Below, one piece after another: positions 9,569-17,436 of a stretch of DNA of 64,000 nucleotides (positions within the stretch are counted from its first letter, which is position 1; each line of letters starts with the position of its first letter). The DNA is from a virus, in the IMG/VR virus record IMGVR_UViG_3300022752_000030, positions 32,001 through 96,000 of that record, one strand, 5' to 3'. The notes beneath the pieces are model-generated. The model made no database searches. It saw nothing but the letters and a program-made list of their open reading frames with translations, and was not told where the DNA came from. The position numbers were made by a program, and so were the translations under genes.

Positions 9569-9879
9569 TAACCTGTGATGATTTCTTTTGCTTGTGGAAG
9601 AATAATACCCGAACCAAAAATTGAATTGTAATTGTTAATAAAATCTTGTGCGGGTGTATAGTAATACACTACATGTTTTTTGGCAATAGAAATTGTTTGA
9701 TCTTTTTGTTGTTCCGCGTGAATCGGAAAAGGAGAGAATCCTACATTTGGTTGTCCATTTTGACCTCGAACAATTGCAATTCCTACAGGATTAATTAATA
9801 CAAATTCTGATTCTGATTCGGACTCAATTTCACTAACGAGTTCTTCACCTGTAATTAATTTAAATGCTTGAATTTTCAT
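9568..9879 (-). CDS. conserved hypothetical protein (Sm-like fold)
   Basis: KLITGEEL...FGSGI pattern seen upstream of gp43 in T4-like phages. Confidence 0.65.
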   Translation of the reverse strand: MKIQAFKLITGEELVSEIESESESEFVLINPVGIAIVRGQNGQPNVGFSPFPIHAEQQKDQTISIAKKHVVYYYTPAQDFINNYNSIFGSGIILPQAKEIITG

Positions 9880-9967
9880 TTTTCGCTCCTATAAAACAAA
9901 CATTATAACATAAAATAATTTTTTGTAAAGTGTGTTTTACACTATATACCATTATAAGGAGAAAAAA

Positions 9968-10252
9968 ATGAAAAAACTATTTTCATTTATTATGTTGATT
10001 CCTTTATTATCTTTCGGACAAACTCAGAGTATTGAAGTTCAAATAACAACGACATGTTATAAACTAGATCAAATAAAAGATACATTAATAAAATTTGATG
10101 AAAAATTGATATTGAATTATCCTAATGATTTAACAAATAAAAAAACAAATATACAGCTTTTTACGAATAAAGAAACTGGTACTTGGACTTTATTTGAATT
10201 AATTGATGGATTGTATTGTTTATTAGGTACAGGCACAGTTTCAACACTATAA
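9968..10252 (+). CDS. small exported hypothetical protein
   Basis: AAGGAG RBS before ATG at 9968; signal-peptide-like MKKLFSFIMLIPLLSFG; two Cys. Confidence 0.7.
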   Translation: MKKLFSFIMLIPLLSFGQTQSIEVQITTTCYKLDQIKDTLIKFDEKLILNYPNDLTNKKTNIQLFTNKETGTWTLFELIDGLYCLLGTGTVSTL

Positions 10253-10351
10253 AAAATATGTACACTCTAGAAAATATCTTCGATCTATATGTATACTACT
10301 TTGTAATGATGTACTATATGCCGTATCGCATGATAGGATCTATGCCGTAAT

Positions 10352-10425
10352 TGGATGCGGGTCCAAGAGTCGAACAAGGAACTGAGGATTATGAGTCCTC
10401 TGTGATACCGTTTCACCAACCCGCG
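10352..10425 (-). tRNA. tRNA-Met(CAU), initiator-like, atypical T-stem
   Basis: CGCGGG 5' end, C1:A72 mismatch, GAGGA-CTCATAA-TCCTC, CCA end. Confidence 0.8.
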
Positions 10426-10433
10426 ATAAAAAG

Positions 10434-10511
10434 TGGTCTCCGATGAGAGATTCGAACTCCCGTTATTCTTCATCCCAAATGAAGTGCCATACCAGGCTAG
10501 GCGAATCGGAG
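10434..10511 (-). tRNA. tRNA-Pro(UGG)
   Basis: CTTCA-TTTGGGA-TGAAG, GTTCGAAT, CCA end. Confidence 0.9.
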
Positions 10512-10515
10512 ATTA

Positions 10516-10677
10516 TTATCTACCTCTACTTGATCTTCTAGTTGGTTTATTTACATTAACCTGAGAAGTAAATTTAGTTTGTTGTTTAGTTGCAATTTTT
10601 GAATTATTATTCGGTAATATTTTACCGGATTCACGAGCTAAATTTATAAAAGGATTTTTTGATTTTTTTTCATCCAT
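10516..10677 (-). CDS. small basic hypothetical protein (53 aa)
   Basis: GGAG RBS; MDEKKSKNPF...RRSSRGR. The longer predicted start overlaps a tRNA. Confidence 0.6.
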   Translation of the reverse strand: MDEKKSKNPFINLARESGKILPNNNSKIATKQQTKFTSQVNVNKPTRRSSRGR

Positions 10678-10695
10678 TATATTATCTCCTAAATT

Positions 10696-10769
10696 TGGAG
10701 CGGGATGACAGAATCGAACTGTCAACGGAAGATTGGAAATCTACAGTTTTACCATTAAACTAATCCCGC
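10696..10769 (-). tRNA. tRNA-Gly(UCC)
   Basis: GCGGGAT acceptor stem, TTTCCAA loop, CCA end. Confidence 0.9.
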
Positions 10770-10775
10770 ATTAAC

Positions 10776-10850
10776 TGGTGCCGGATGTCTGATTTGAACA
10801 GACGACCTACCGCTTACAAGGCGGTTGCTCTACCCCTGAGCTAAACCGGC
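10776..10850 (-). tRNA. tRNA-Thr(UGU)
   Basis: CCGC-CTTGTAA-GCGG, CCA end. Confidence 0.92.
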
Positions 10851-10853
10851 ATT

Positions 10854-10927
10854 TGGAGCGGGTACCGAGAATCGAACTCGGAAATAATCCTTGGCAAGGA
10901 TTTAGGTTACCTTTACATCATACCCGC
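10854..10927 (-). tRNA. tRNA-Gly(GCC)
   Basis: AATCC-TTGCCAA-GGATT, CCA end. Confidence 0.92.
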
Positions 10928-10934
10928 ACTTGTT

Positions 10935-10963
10935 ATTATATAGTATTTTTTTTACTATGTCAA
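10935..10963 (-). promoter_or_regulatory. sigma70-type promoter
   Basis: Perfect TTGACA-17 bp-TATAAT immediately upstream of tRNA-Gly(GCC). Confidence 0.85.
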
Positions 10964-10971
10964 CATTTTTT

Positions 10972-11057
10972 TGGTGCGAGAGGGGGGACTTGAACCCCCA
11001 ATCCCTTACGGGCGATTGATTTTAAGTCAATTGCGTATGCCTTTCCGCCACTCTCGC
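10972..11057 (-). tRNA. tRNA-Leu(UAA)
   Basis: ATTGA-CTTAAAA-TCAAT, long variable arm, CCA end. Confidence 0.92.
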
Positions 11058-11062
11058 TATAT

Positions 11063-11137
11063 TGGTCCGGTGACCAGGAATCGAACCTGGATTAATAGCT
11101 TAGAAGGCTACTGTTCTATCCATTGAACTATCACCAG
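11063..11137 (-). tRNA. tRNA-Arg(UCU)
   Basis: GTAGC-CTTCTAA-GCTAT, CCA end. Confidence 0.92.
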
Positions 11138-11214
11138 TGGTGCCTCAGGAGAGACTCGAACTCTCAAAATTTTGCTTCTAAGGCAAACACGTATACCAAT
11201 TCCGTCACCGAGGC
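11138..11214 (-). tRNA. tRNA-Leu(UAG) with short variable loop
   Basis: TTTGC-CTTAGAA-GCAAA, 77 nt, CCA end. Confidence 0.88.
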
Positions 11215-11220
11215 TTTATT

Positions 11221-11296
11221 TGGTGCTTTGTGACGGGTTCGAACCGCCGACCTACGCCTTGTAAGGGCGCCGCTCTACCAACTGAGCTAACAAAGC
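11221..11296 (-). tRNA. tRNA-Val(UAC)
   Basis: GCGCC-CTTACAA-GGCGT, CCA end. Confidence 0.93.
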
Positions 11297-11301
11297 AATA
11301 A

Positions 11302-13332
11302 TCAAAACATTTTCTTAAATACAGCAAACAATGATGATTTAACATCAGAACCAGCATTGTCTGATTGTAACACCAATCCTGTTTGCAATCTAGTCAATTT
11401 ATTAAAATTTTGAGTATATGCCAAACTTGTTGCGTACTGTCTATAACTATTTGAAAGTTCAATTTTTTCTTTTGAATTAATCGAGGTTACAGTTGCACCA
11501 TCTTCTGTTACATTTGAACTTGTATATCCGGTCACACCAGAAATTGTTGCACTACCACTAACAATTGCAGGAAGTTCAGTAACTTGGAAATTTAGATAAT
11601 CTTTTTCGTTAAAGATTTCTTTTTTCTGTAATCCCAGAGTCCAAGTTTGTGTAACAATATCACTCACATCACTAATCAACGAATCGGAAACAGTATTTGA
11701 TTTAGTAAATCCATAAGCCAAACTTCCATATACATTTACATTTTGATTCATATTTTTTGACAATTCCAAACCAGTCCAGTTTGTTGACGAATCACCTAAT
11801 GCAAATGCGCCGTTGCCTTTTGTTCCTAAGATTGATCCAAATTCTTTGGCTGTTCCAACTTCAACAGATAAACGATATTGATCATTTAGTTGATATCCAA
11901 ATTTCATTCCAGTAACATTATCACTCGAATAAACAGTATTAATTAGATTTTGTGTACCCAAATCGACATAGTTAATTGTCGAATTGCTAAGTGTAGAAAA
12001 TGCAGAAATTGGATTGTAATTCTGCATTGATGTTGTCATTCCGTTTGTCATATTGACAGTAAAATTTCTACCAATAGAATCAATAACTTGTGTGTTCTGT
12101 AATACAGAACTATTCACAAAACTTTGTTTGGTAATAATACCACCAGAAAGTCCACTTGATGAGAGTGACACCGGTCCAGCAGCAATTTGTGTCGTACTTG
12201 TGTTTGTAATTTTTGCAAGCGTGAGAGCACCAATTGGTTTTGTTGCAGCATCAAGATTCATTAAACCGTTACCGTAAACTTCATCAACTCCAGGTTTACC
12301 TAAATCCGTTGCTGTTTTAAGTAGAACTTGTACAATTTGTTCTGGTTTTAATGTTGGCCATGCTTGTTTGATTACAGCAATGCCACCTGATACAAAAGCA
12401 GCAGAAAGGCTTGTACCCTGATCAATCTTTAAATTAGTACCTGCATTTGCATTTGCGGCCCAAATTAAACCACCGCCAGGAGCAACTAAAAAATAATCTT
12501 TAATTTGAACAGTATCTTTACAAACATTGTTTACAAAATTCTGACAAATATTTCCCGCACGATTACTGAAACTAGCAATATTGTTATTGTTATCGACTGC
12601 ACCAACTATAACAGCGCGTCCACCAAGTAACAAATTTCCTTTCGTGTCTGTTTTCACTGCCAGGTTTGCAGGATTTGTTGGAACTGGATTTCCATCGTTT
12701 CCAGCTGCCATTACTACAATAGAACCTTTTGATGTTGCGTATTGCAATGAGGACAAAAATTGTGTTGATGAATAAGAATCTGCCGCACTTGTAATTTTTA
12801 CAAATGATCCATTATTTAAATTTTTATAATTTTTAGCAAATTCATTTTGACTCATCGATGAGCCCAAACTTAGATTGATAACATCTGCTTTATTGTCAGC
12901 GTTCCACCTAATGCCGTTGTTCACGTCAGTAACAAAAAGGAAACCAGCAAAGCCTCCTGCATAAATCATTGCATTTGCATTATAAGCAACACCCATAATT
13001 CCTGTGCCATCTTTTGCACCAGCAGCAAGAGAAATCATTTCAGTTCCATGACCACCGTTCACATCAATCATGTTTGTGTAATACGGACTTTTGGAAAGAA
13101 TCACATTTTTTAAATCTTTATTTTTAAGATCGGCACCAGTATCAACAAAACCAATGCGAGAATTTAGACCTGTATATCCACGCGACCAAGCAACCTTGGC
13201 ACCAATAGATGTAAGTGCAATATCGTTTGCTGCGGTTTCTGTGGGAGAAACGACTGCTGATAGACACACAGAGTTAATTGCCATCAATGATGCAATTGTA
13301 ATTAAATTTCTTTTAAAGAATTTCATAATCAA
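11302..13332 (-). CDS. S8 subtilisin-like serine protease with putative C-terminal beta-barrel
   Basis: Signal peptide; catalytic triad VDTG/GHGT/GTS; AAGN oxyanion motif; terminal Phe. Confidence 0.88.
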   Translation of the reverse strand: MIMKFFKRNLITIASLMAINSVCLSAVVSPTETAANDIALTSIGAKVAWSRGYTGLNSRIGFVDTGADLKNKDLKNVILSKSPYYTNMIDVNGGHGTEMISLAAGAKDGTGIMGVAYNANAMIYAGGFAGFLFVTDVNNGIRWNADNKADVINLSLGSSMSQNEFAKNYKNLNNGSFVKITSAADSYSSTQFLSSLQYATSKGSIVVMAAGNDGNPVPTNPANLAVKTDTKGNLLLGGRAVIVGAVDNNNNIASFSNRAGNICQNFVNNVCKDTVQIKDYFLVAPGGGLIWAANANAGTNLKIDQGTSLSAAFVSGGIAVIKQAWPTLKPEQIVQVLLKTATDLGKPGVDEVYGNGLMNLDAATKPIGALTLAKITNTSTTQIAAGPVSLSSSGLSGGIITKQSFVNSSVLQNTQVIDSIGRNFTVNMTNGMTTSMQNYNPISAFSTLSNSTINYVDLGTQNLINTVYSSDNVTGMKFGYQLNDQYRLSVEVGTAKEFGSILGTKGNGAFALGDSSTNWTGLELSKNMNQNVNVYGSLAYGFTKSNTVSDSLISDVSDIVTQTWTLGLQKKEIFNEKDYLNFQVTELPAIVSGSATISGVTGYTSSNVTEDGATVTSINSKEKIELSNSYRQYATSLAYTQNFNKLTRLQTGLVLQSDNAGSDVKSSLFAVFKKMF

Positions 13333-13349
13333 CTTTCATAATAAAAAAA

Positions 13350-13826
13350 TCAGGCAGCCATTGTCAATACATGCTTCAATCTGTCTGCTGCATATGTAGC
13401 AGCAAAAGCTTTTGGTTTTACCATTGGTGTAACATTACATGTTCCTTTGATATAACCAATTGCCTGTTGCACAACACACGATGATCCGTATTTTTCATTG
13501 GGATTTATATCCAAATGAACTTCAACGTGTCTGTCTTCCAAAACATCAGATAATGTTTGAAATAATTCTGCGACTTTAAAAACTTCATTCATTAAACGCA
13601 TAGATGGTTTATTTTTCTTTTGATCAAAGTCTCTCTCTCGAATAACTTCACCAAAAATTTTACAACCGTGTCGGCCATCAATATGAACAACAACCGCTAT
13701 TGTATAATCAGCATACCAGACATCATCAATAATAAATCTTTCCGAATCCGCACCAAGATATATCTTAGTTTGTGGACTTTGCGATGAAATAAATTTTTTC
13801 ACTTCATCGATGTCTATTTTTTTCAT
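13350..13826 (-). CDS. YkuK/DUF458 RNase H-like protein
   Basis: YLGADSE, RLMNEV, EVHLDIN, KPKAFAATYAAD. Confidence 0.8.
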   Translation of the reverse strand: MKKIDIDEVKKFISSQSPQTKIYLGADSERFIIDDVWYADYTIAVVVHIDGRHGCKIFGEVIRERDFDQKKNKPSMRLMNEVFKVAELFQTLSDVLEDRHVEVHLDINPNEKYGSSCVVQQAIGYIKGTCNVTPMVKPKAFAATYAADRLKHVLTMAA

Positions 13827-14338
13827 ACATTATTTTTATTGCTGATTGCTTCCCTTAGCGCTTTTTCGATTAATTGATTGAATGTGATATCCAGTTTGTG
13901 TGCTAGTTTCATATATTCAAAAAGGTCGTCATCTGAAAATTCAATTTCCATTTGAATACGAGTATCGTATTTTTCATTAGAAATAATCGCTCGAGCTTTC
14001 TCCAACCAATCATGTTCGACAGTCAGATCGATATATTTAACTTCATCCCATGCAGTATCGTCCAGACCTTTAGCATCCTTTTCACGAGCATAAGCATCAA
14101 CATATTCAGGATGAATCAGGCGATATGAGCGATCATGGGTATAATCACAAACATCTACCTCATAGACGATTTGTGTGTTGGTATCAAATACAATATTAGC
14201 ACTCCAACCACCTTCACCGTGGAGTCCATTCCATGAGGTTAAGTTATATGCATTTTCACCATAACAGTTCCATTGAAATTTATCGCCTTCTGTAATACGA
14301 TAATTAATTAATTCCATGAATGTTTTCAACTGTATCAT
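13823..14338 (-). CDS. hypothetical protein
   Basis: 171 aa ORF with GGAG RBS; possible C-terminal ribbon-helix-helix. Confidence 0.7.
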   Translation of the reverse strand: MIQLKTFMELINYRITEGDKFQWNCYGENAYNLTSWNGLHGEGGWSANIVFDTNTQIVYEVDVCDYTHDRSYRLIHPEYVDAYAREKDAKGLDDTAWDEVKYIDLTVEHDWLEKARAIISNEKYDTRIQMEIEFSDDDLFEYMKLAHKLDITFNQLIEKALREAISNKNNV

Positions 14339-14362
14339 AATATACTCCTAATAAAATTTTAT

Positions 14363-14437
14363 TGGTACCGAGTAGTGGGATTGAACCACTGACCAACGCC
14401 TTATCAAGACGCTGCTCTACCGCTGAGCTAACTCGGT
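14363..14437 (-). tRNA. tRNA-Ile(GAU)
   Basis: GCGTC-TTGATAA-GGCGT, CCA end. Confidence 0.92.
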
Positions 14438-14442
14438 AAAAG

Positions 14443-14518
14443 TGGTGGAGGATGACGGGATCGAACCGACGACCCCCTGCTTGCAAAGCAGGTGCTCTCC
14501 CAGCTGAGCTAATCCCCC
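14443..14518 (-). tRNA. tRNA-Ala(UGC), host-like
   Basis: GGGGGATTAGCTCAGCTGGGAGAGCACCTGCTTTGCAAGCAGG...TCCTCCACCA; G3:U70 pair. Confidence 0.96.
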
Positions 14519-14524
14519 ATTATT

Positions 14525-14650
14525 TTACCTACCTTGACCTCTGTATTTTTTAACTTTTTTTCTTGTTTTATTTAAAGTACTTGTTTTACTTCCGTTCTGA
14601 CAAGTCTTTTTGTGTACTGCTGTGTGTCCGGTATTTGTTTTTACGCTCAC
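14525..14650 (-). CDS. small basic peptide (41 aa) ending KKYRGQGR
   Basis: AGGAG RBS, GTG start; MSVKTNTGHTAVHKKTCQNGSKTSTLNKTRKKVKKYRGQGR; below the ORF-track cutoff. Confidence 0.7.
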   Translation of the reverse strand: MSVKTNTGHTAVHKKTCQNGSKTSTLNKTRKKVKKYRGQGR

Positions 14651-14668
14651 TTCAACTCCTTATAAAAT

Positions 14669-14744
14669 TGGCTCCTCGACCTGGGCTCGAACCAGGGACC
14701 TACGGATTAACAGTCCGGTGCTCTACCAACTGAGCTATCGAGGA
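14669..14744 (-). tRNA. tRNA-Asn(GUU)
   Basis: CGGA-CTGTTAA-TCCG, CCA end. Confidence 0.95.
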
Positions 14745-14778
14745 ATAATCATTATTCTATCTATATATGTTTATATTT

Positions 14779-14853
14779 TGGCGGTCCCAAGGAGAATCGA
14801 ACTCCTAACATCGGCGTGACAAGCCGAAATTATAACCATTTAACTATGGGACC
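14779..14853 (-). tRNA. tRNA-Asp(GUC)
   Basis: TCGGC-TTGTCAC-GCCGA, CCA end. Confidence 0.92.
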
Positions 14854-14858
14854 AAAAA

Positions 14859-14943
14859 TGGTGGAGAAGATTGGGATCGAACCAATTGTGACAAAAGTCG
14901 GAAGATTTACAGTCTCCTGCCATACCATTACGGCGGCTTCTCC
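14859..14943 (-). tRNA. tRNA-Tyr(GUA)
   Basis: GGAGA-CTGTAAA-TCTTC, long variable arm, CCA end. Confidence 0.92.
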
Positions 14944-14948
14944 AAATA

Positions 14949-15025
<77 letters not shown>

Positions 15026-15031
15026 ATACGT

Positions 15032-15110
15032 TACCATATAAAAACACATTGGATTGCCTACTGCTAAAATGTACCGGACTCGGTTTTTTGCAATGTGTTT
15101 TTATATGGTA
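15032..15110. repeat. 20-bp perfect inverted repeat overlapping the tRNA-Glu 3' end
   Basis: TACCATATAAAAACACATTG (15032-15051) and CAATGTGTTTTTATATGGTA (15091-15110). Confidence 0.9.
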
Positions 15111-15181
15111 CACCGTAGCGGATTCGAACCGCTGTGAATGCCGTGAAAGGGCACTATCCTAGGCCTCTAGATGAACGGTGC
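15106..15181 (-). tRNA. tRNA-Glu(UUC)
   Basis: GTGCC-CTTTCAC-GGCAT, CCA end. Confidence 0.92.
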
Positions 15182-15238
15182 ATAAAATACAATCCATTTT
15201 TTAATGAACAATGATTGATTTCTCAATCGATAGTACGT

Positions 15239-15289
15239 ATTGTACACGAATTAAAATGATTGTCAACACCTGTGTTGTTTTTTTACAAC
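15239..15289 (-). promoter_or_regulatory. sigma70-type promoter with upstream palindrome
   Basis: TTGACA-16 bp-TACAAT, preceded by GTTGT-N6-ACAAC. Confidence 0.65.
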
Positions 15290-15297
15290 TTGTTTTT

Positions 15298-15387
15298 TGG
15301 CGGTGCGACTGAGATTCGAACTCAGAAGCCGGTGTTAACCGACCGAAGGATTAGCAATCCTCTCCAATACCGTTATGGGACCGCACC
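15298..15387 (-). tRNA. tRNA-Ser(GCU)
   Basis: AGGA-TTGCTAA-TCCT, long variable arm, CCA end. Confidence 0.92.
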
Positions 15388-15514
15388 ATTGAAATGCTTT
15401 AACATTATCGGCTATTGAACAATATTTTCCTATTTGAATTTTTGTTCCTTCACCCCATTGAAAAATAGCTATGTGATTTGATCCATAAGTGTGATCACCA
15501 CATATTAATGACAT

Positions 15515-16024
15515 TTAAATATTTTTCCATTTGATTGGTGTTGATACTATCGGCAAAGCAGGATTTCTAAATTCTTCAAGTATTTCCCACAGATGTTCGG
15601 AAATTGCAAACTTAGTTAATAATCCAGATTCACGTCCATAAGCATCAATTTCCCACGGATGGGACCAATATTCAACTTTATCGGAATCTATTTTTTCTCC
15701 GCGCCACATAGAGAGTTGATCATTCGTTTCATTGAACGCAAATTGCTTTAAATGCACCATTTCGTGAGCCAAAGTTTCGAGTATTCTCCTCGCACCTATT
15801 CCTGGATGCAACTCTATTAAAAAATCTCTAGCTTGTTTTGCGGTATTATAATCTTCAACCAGACAATAACCATATTCTTGTAATTTTCCATCAAAACGAA
15901 TTTTGACAGAACAGTTATTTCGTATTCTGGTATTTTTGATTAATTCTTTTGAATAAAAAGAAGCGGCTCTTTCAACAAATGGTTTAAAGTCTTTGTCTGG
16001 ACAATTAAATACTTTAATTTGCAT
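15515..16024 (-). CDS. HExxH zinc metallopeptidase (SprT-like)
   Basis: TLAHEMVHLKQ and PWEIDA; CTAAATA at 16071-16077. Confidence 0.75.
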   Translation of the reverse strand: MQIKVFNCPDKDFKPFVERAASFYSKELIKNTRIRNNCSVKIRFDGKLQEYGYCLVEDYNTAKQARDFLIELHPGIGARRILETLAHEMVHLKQFAFNETNDQLSMWRGEKIDSDKVEYWSHPWEIDAYGRESGLLTKFAISEHLWEILEEFRNPALPIVSTPIKWKNI

Positions 16025-16079
16025 CTGACAACCTTTAAAATAACTGTTAAAATACTTAACACTCCTAATCTATTTAGAA

Positions 16080-16457
16080 TTATTGAATTTTTGTTCCTAA
16101 TTTCGCATCCCGATAAATGGTGGTGGTATGAATTAGTTCGGGTCTAAAGTATTCTTTTAATATATCAGTAACAACACTTTCGTCATATTCTTTACACGAA
16201 AAAACATCCAGATATAAGTCACCAGTATTATCCAAAAAATGACCCATAATATTTGAAGTTTCAATTAGTTGAATGACGGTCCATCCTGCTTTGTCTGTAC
16301 CATCAGCAAAATGAACAAGCTGAGGTTCACCGTAGGGTACCATATCAATTCTTTTAACTAAATCTTTTGTAAAATTTTTAATGTACAAAGAATCTTGTGC
16401 CTTATATCGATCACAATTTTTAGCATCTAACATCAGATGTTTTCCCCAATGCATCAT
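16080..16457 (-). CDS. speD: S-adenosylmethionine decarboxylase
   Basis: WGKHL, QLIETSNI(MGH) pyruvoyl site, YLDVFSCK. Confidence 0.8.
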   Translation of the reverse strand: MMHWGKHLMLDAKNCDRYKAQDSLYIKNFTKDLVKRIDMVPYGEPQLVHFADGTDKAGWTVIQLIETSNIMGHFLDNTGDLYLDVFSCKEYDESVVTDILKEYFRPELIHTTTIYRDAKLGTKIQ

Positions 16458-16945
16458 ATCTTTTTAACCTCAATTCCTGCTTTTTCTAGAAAATTTAGAC
16501 CACTTTCGTCCCTATAAGAATTTCTATAATAGAGAGAGTTAATACCTGATTGATAAACTAATTTTGCACATTCAATGCAAGGTGCATGTGTAACAAACAT
16601 TATCGAGTCTTGACCAGATTCATTACTTTTTGCTAACTTTGCAATTGCATTACTTTCAGCATGAATCACTTCTGGTTTTGTTTTGGTACCGTACCAAGCA
16701 TTTTTATTTGGACACCACTTCCAACCTCTCATGACAAAATTATTAGAACCTAATTCTGGATTATCTTTCGTCCATTCAATAGTTTCACAATCATTGTCCC
16801 AACCAGCTGGCGTTCCATTATAACCAATAGAAATGATACGATTATCTTTTACGATAACAGCACCAACTTTTAATCTTTTAGCTGAAGATAACTTACCGAA
16901 CCTTTCGGCAGTATCCATGAACGCTTCAATCCATTTTTGTTTCAT
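16454..16945 (-). CDS. cd: dCMP deaminase
   Basis: GYNGTP, HAE, PCIEC; ATG at 16945 overlaps the upstream stop (TAATG). Confidence 0.92.
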   Translation of the reverse strand: MKQKWIEAFMDTAERFGKLSSAKRLKVGAVIVKDNRIISIGYNGTPAGWDNDCETIEWTKDNPELGSNNFVMRGWKWCPNKNAWYGTKTKPEVIHAESNAIAKLAKSNESGQDSIMFVTHAPCIECAKLVYQSGINSLYYRNSYRDESGLNFLEKAGIEVKKI

Positions 16946-17124
16946 TACCATCTTCCATCATCAATGATGAGTCGAATCCAAAAAGGACCAAAATAAATTG
17001 CATTTTCAAAAACATAGCAATCAGAAGGAAATTCTTTCGTCCTATCTCTAATCCATTCGAATCTCCAGTGAAAAGGATTTAACACAAATCCAATCCAAAG
17101 TCCGGAATATTTTAACCATTTCAT
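16945..17124 (-). CDS. Trp-rich hypothetical protein (59 aa)
   Basis: MKWLKYSGLWIG...NPFHW...IIDDGRW; overlapping start/stop codons on both sides. Confidence 0.7.
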   Translation of the reverse strand: MKWLKYSGLWIGFVLNPFHWRFEWIRDRTKEFPSDCYVFENAIYFGPFWIRLIIDDGRW

Positions 17125-17309
17125 TTGATGAACTCCAAACTATCTTTTCGGATATAACGAACTGGAGTTTTATTTTGTGGTGTTTTTATGACAGGAAGAA
17201 AAGCAACACCATCAATCTCTTTGATTTCCCAATTCGAATAGGTAAAATATTCTTCCTGATTCGTGCGGACACGAACTTTTTTTAATACAGGTACTTTAAT
17301 GTTTTTCAT
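17121..17309 (-). CDS. hypothetical protein
   Basis: ORF just downstream of a sigma70 promoter; EIDGV.F motif. Confidence 0.6.
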   Translation of the reverse strand: MKNIKVPVLKKVRVRTNQEEYFTYSNWEIKEIDGVAFLPVIKTPQNKTPVRYIRKDSLEFIK

Positions 17310-17318
17310 AATGAATAA

Positions 17319-17356
17319 ATTATACAAAAAAGAAAGGGCTCTGTCAAGAGCCCTAT
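17319..17356 (-). terminator. intrinsic terminator overlapping a sigma70 promoter
   Basis: GGGCTCT-TGAC-AGAGCCC-TTTCTTTTT; TTGACA spans the loop, then 17 bp, then TATAAT. Confidence 0.8.
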
Positions 17357-17358
17357 TT

Positions 17359-17436
17359 TTATTTACCTTTGTTTTGGAATTTTTCAGGATTATTTAACTG
17401 ATCCCATTCCTCATCGGATACAGGCCACCAGTTCAT
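17359..17436 (-). CDS. mini-ORF (25 aa)
   Basis: MNWWPVSDEEWDQLNNPEKFQNKGK; ATGA overlap with the hsp20 stop; ends just before the terminator. Confidence 0.5.
   Translation of the reverse strand: MNWWPVSDEEWDQLNNPEKFQNKGK

Noticed and set aside
14304-14819. ORFs 14304-14486 and 14610-14819 (also 10285-10473)
   Set aside because: They overlap tRNA genes and are spurious
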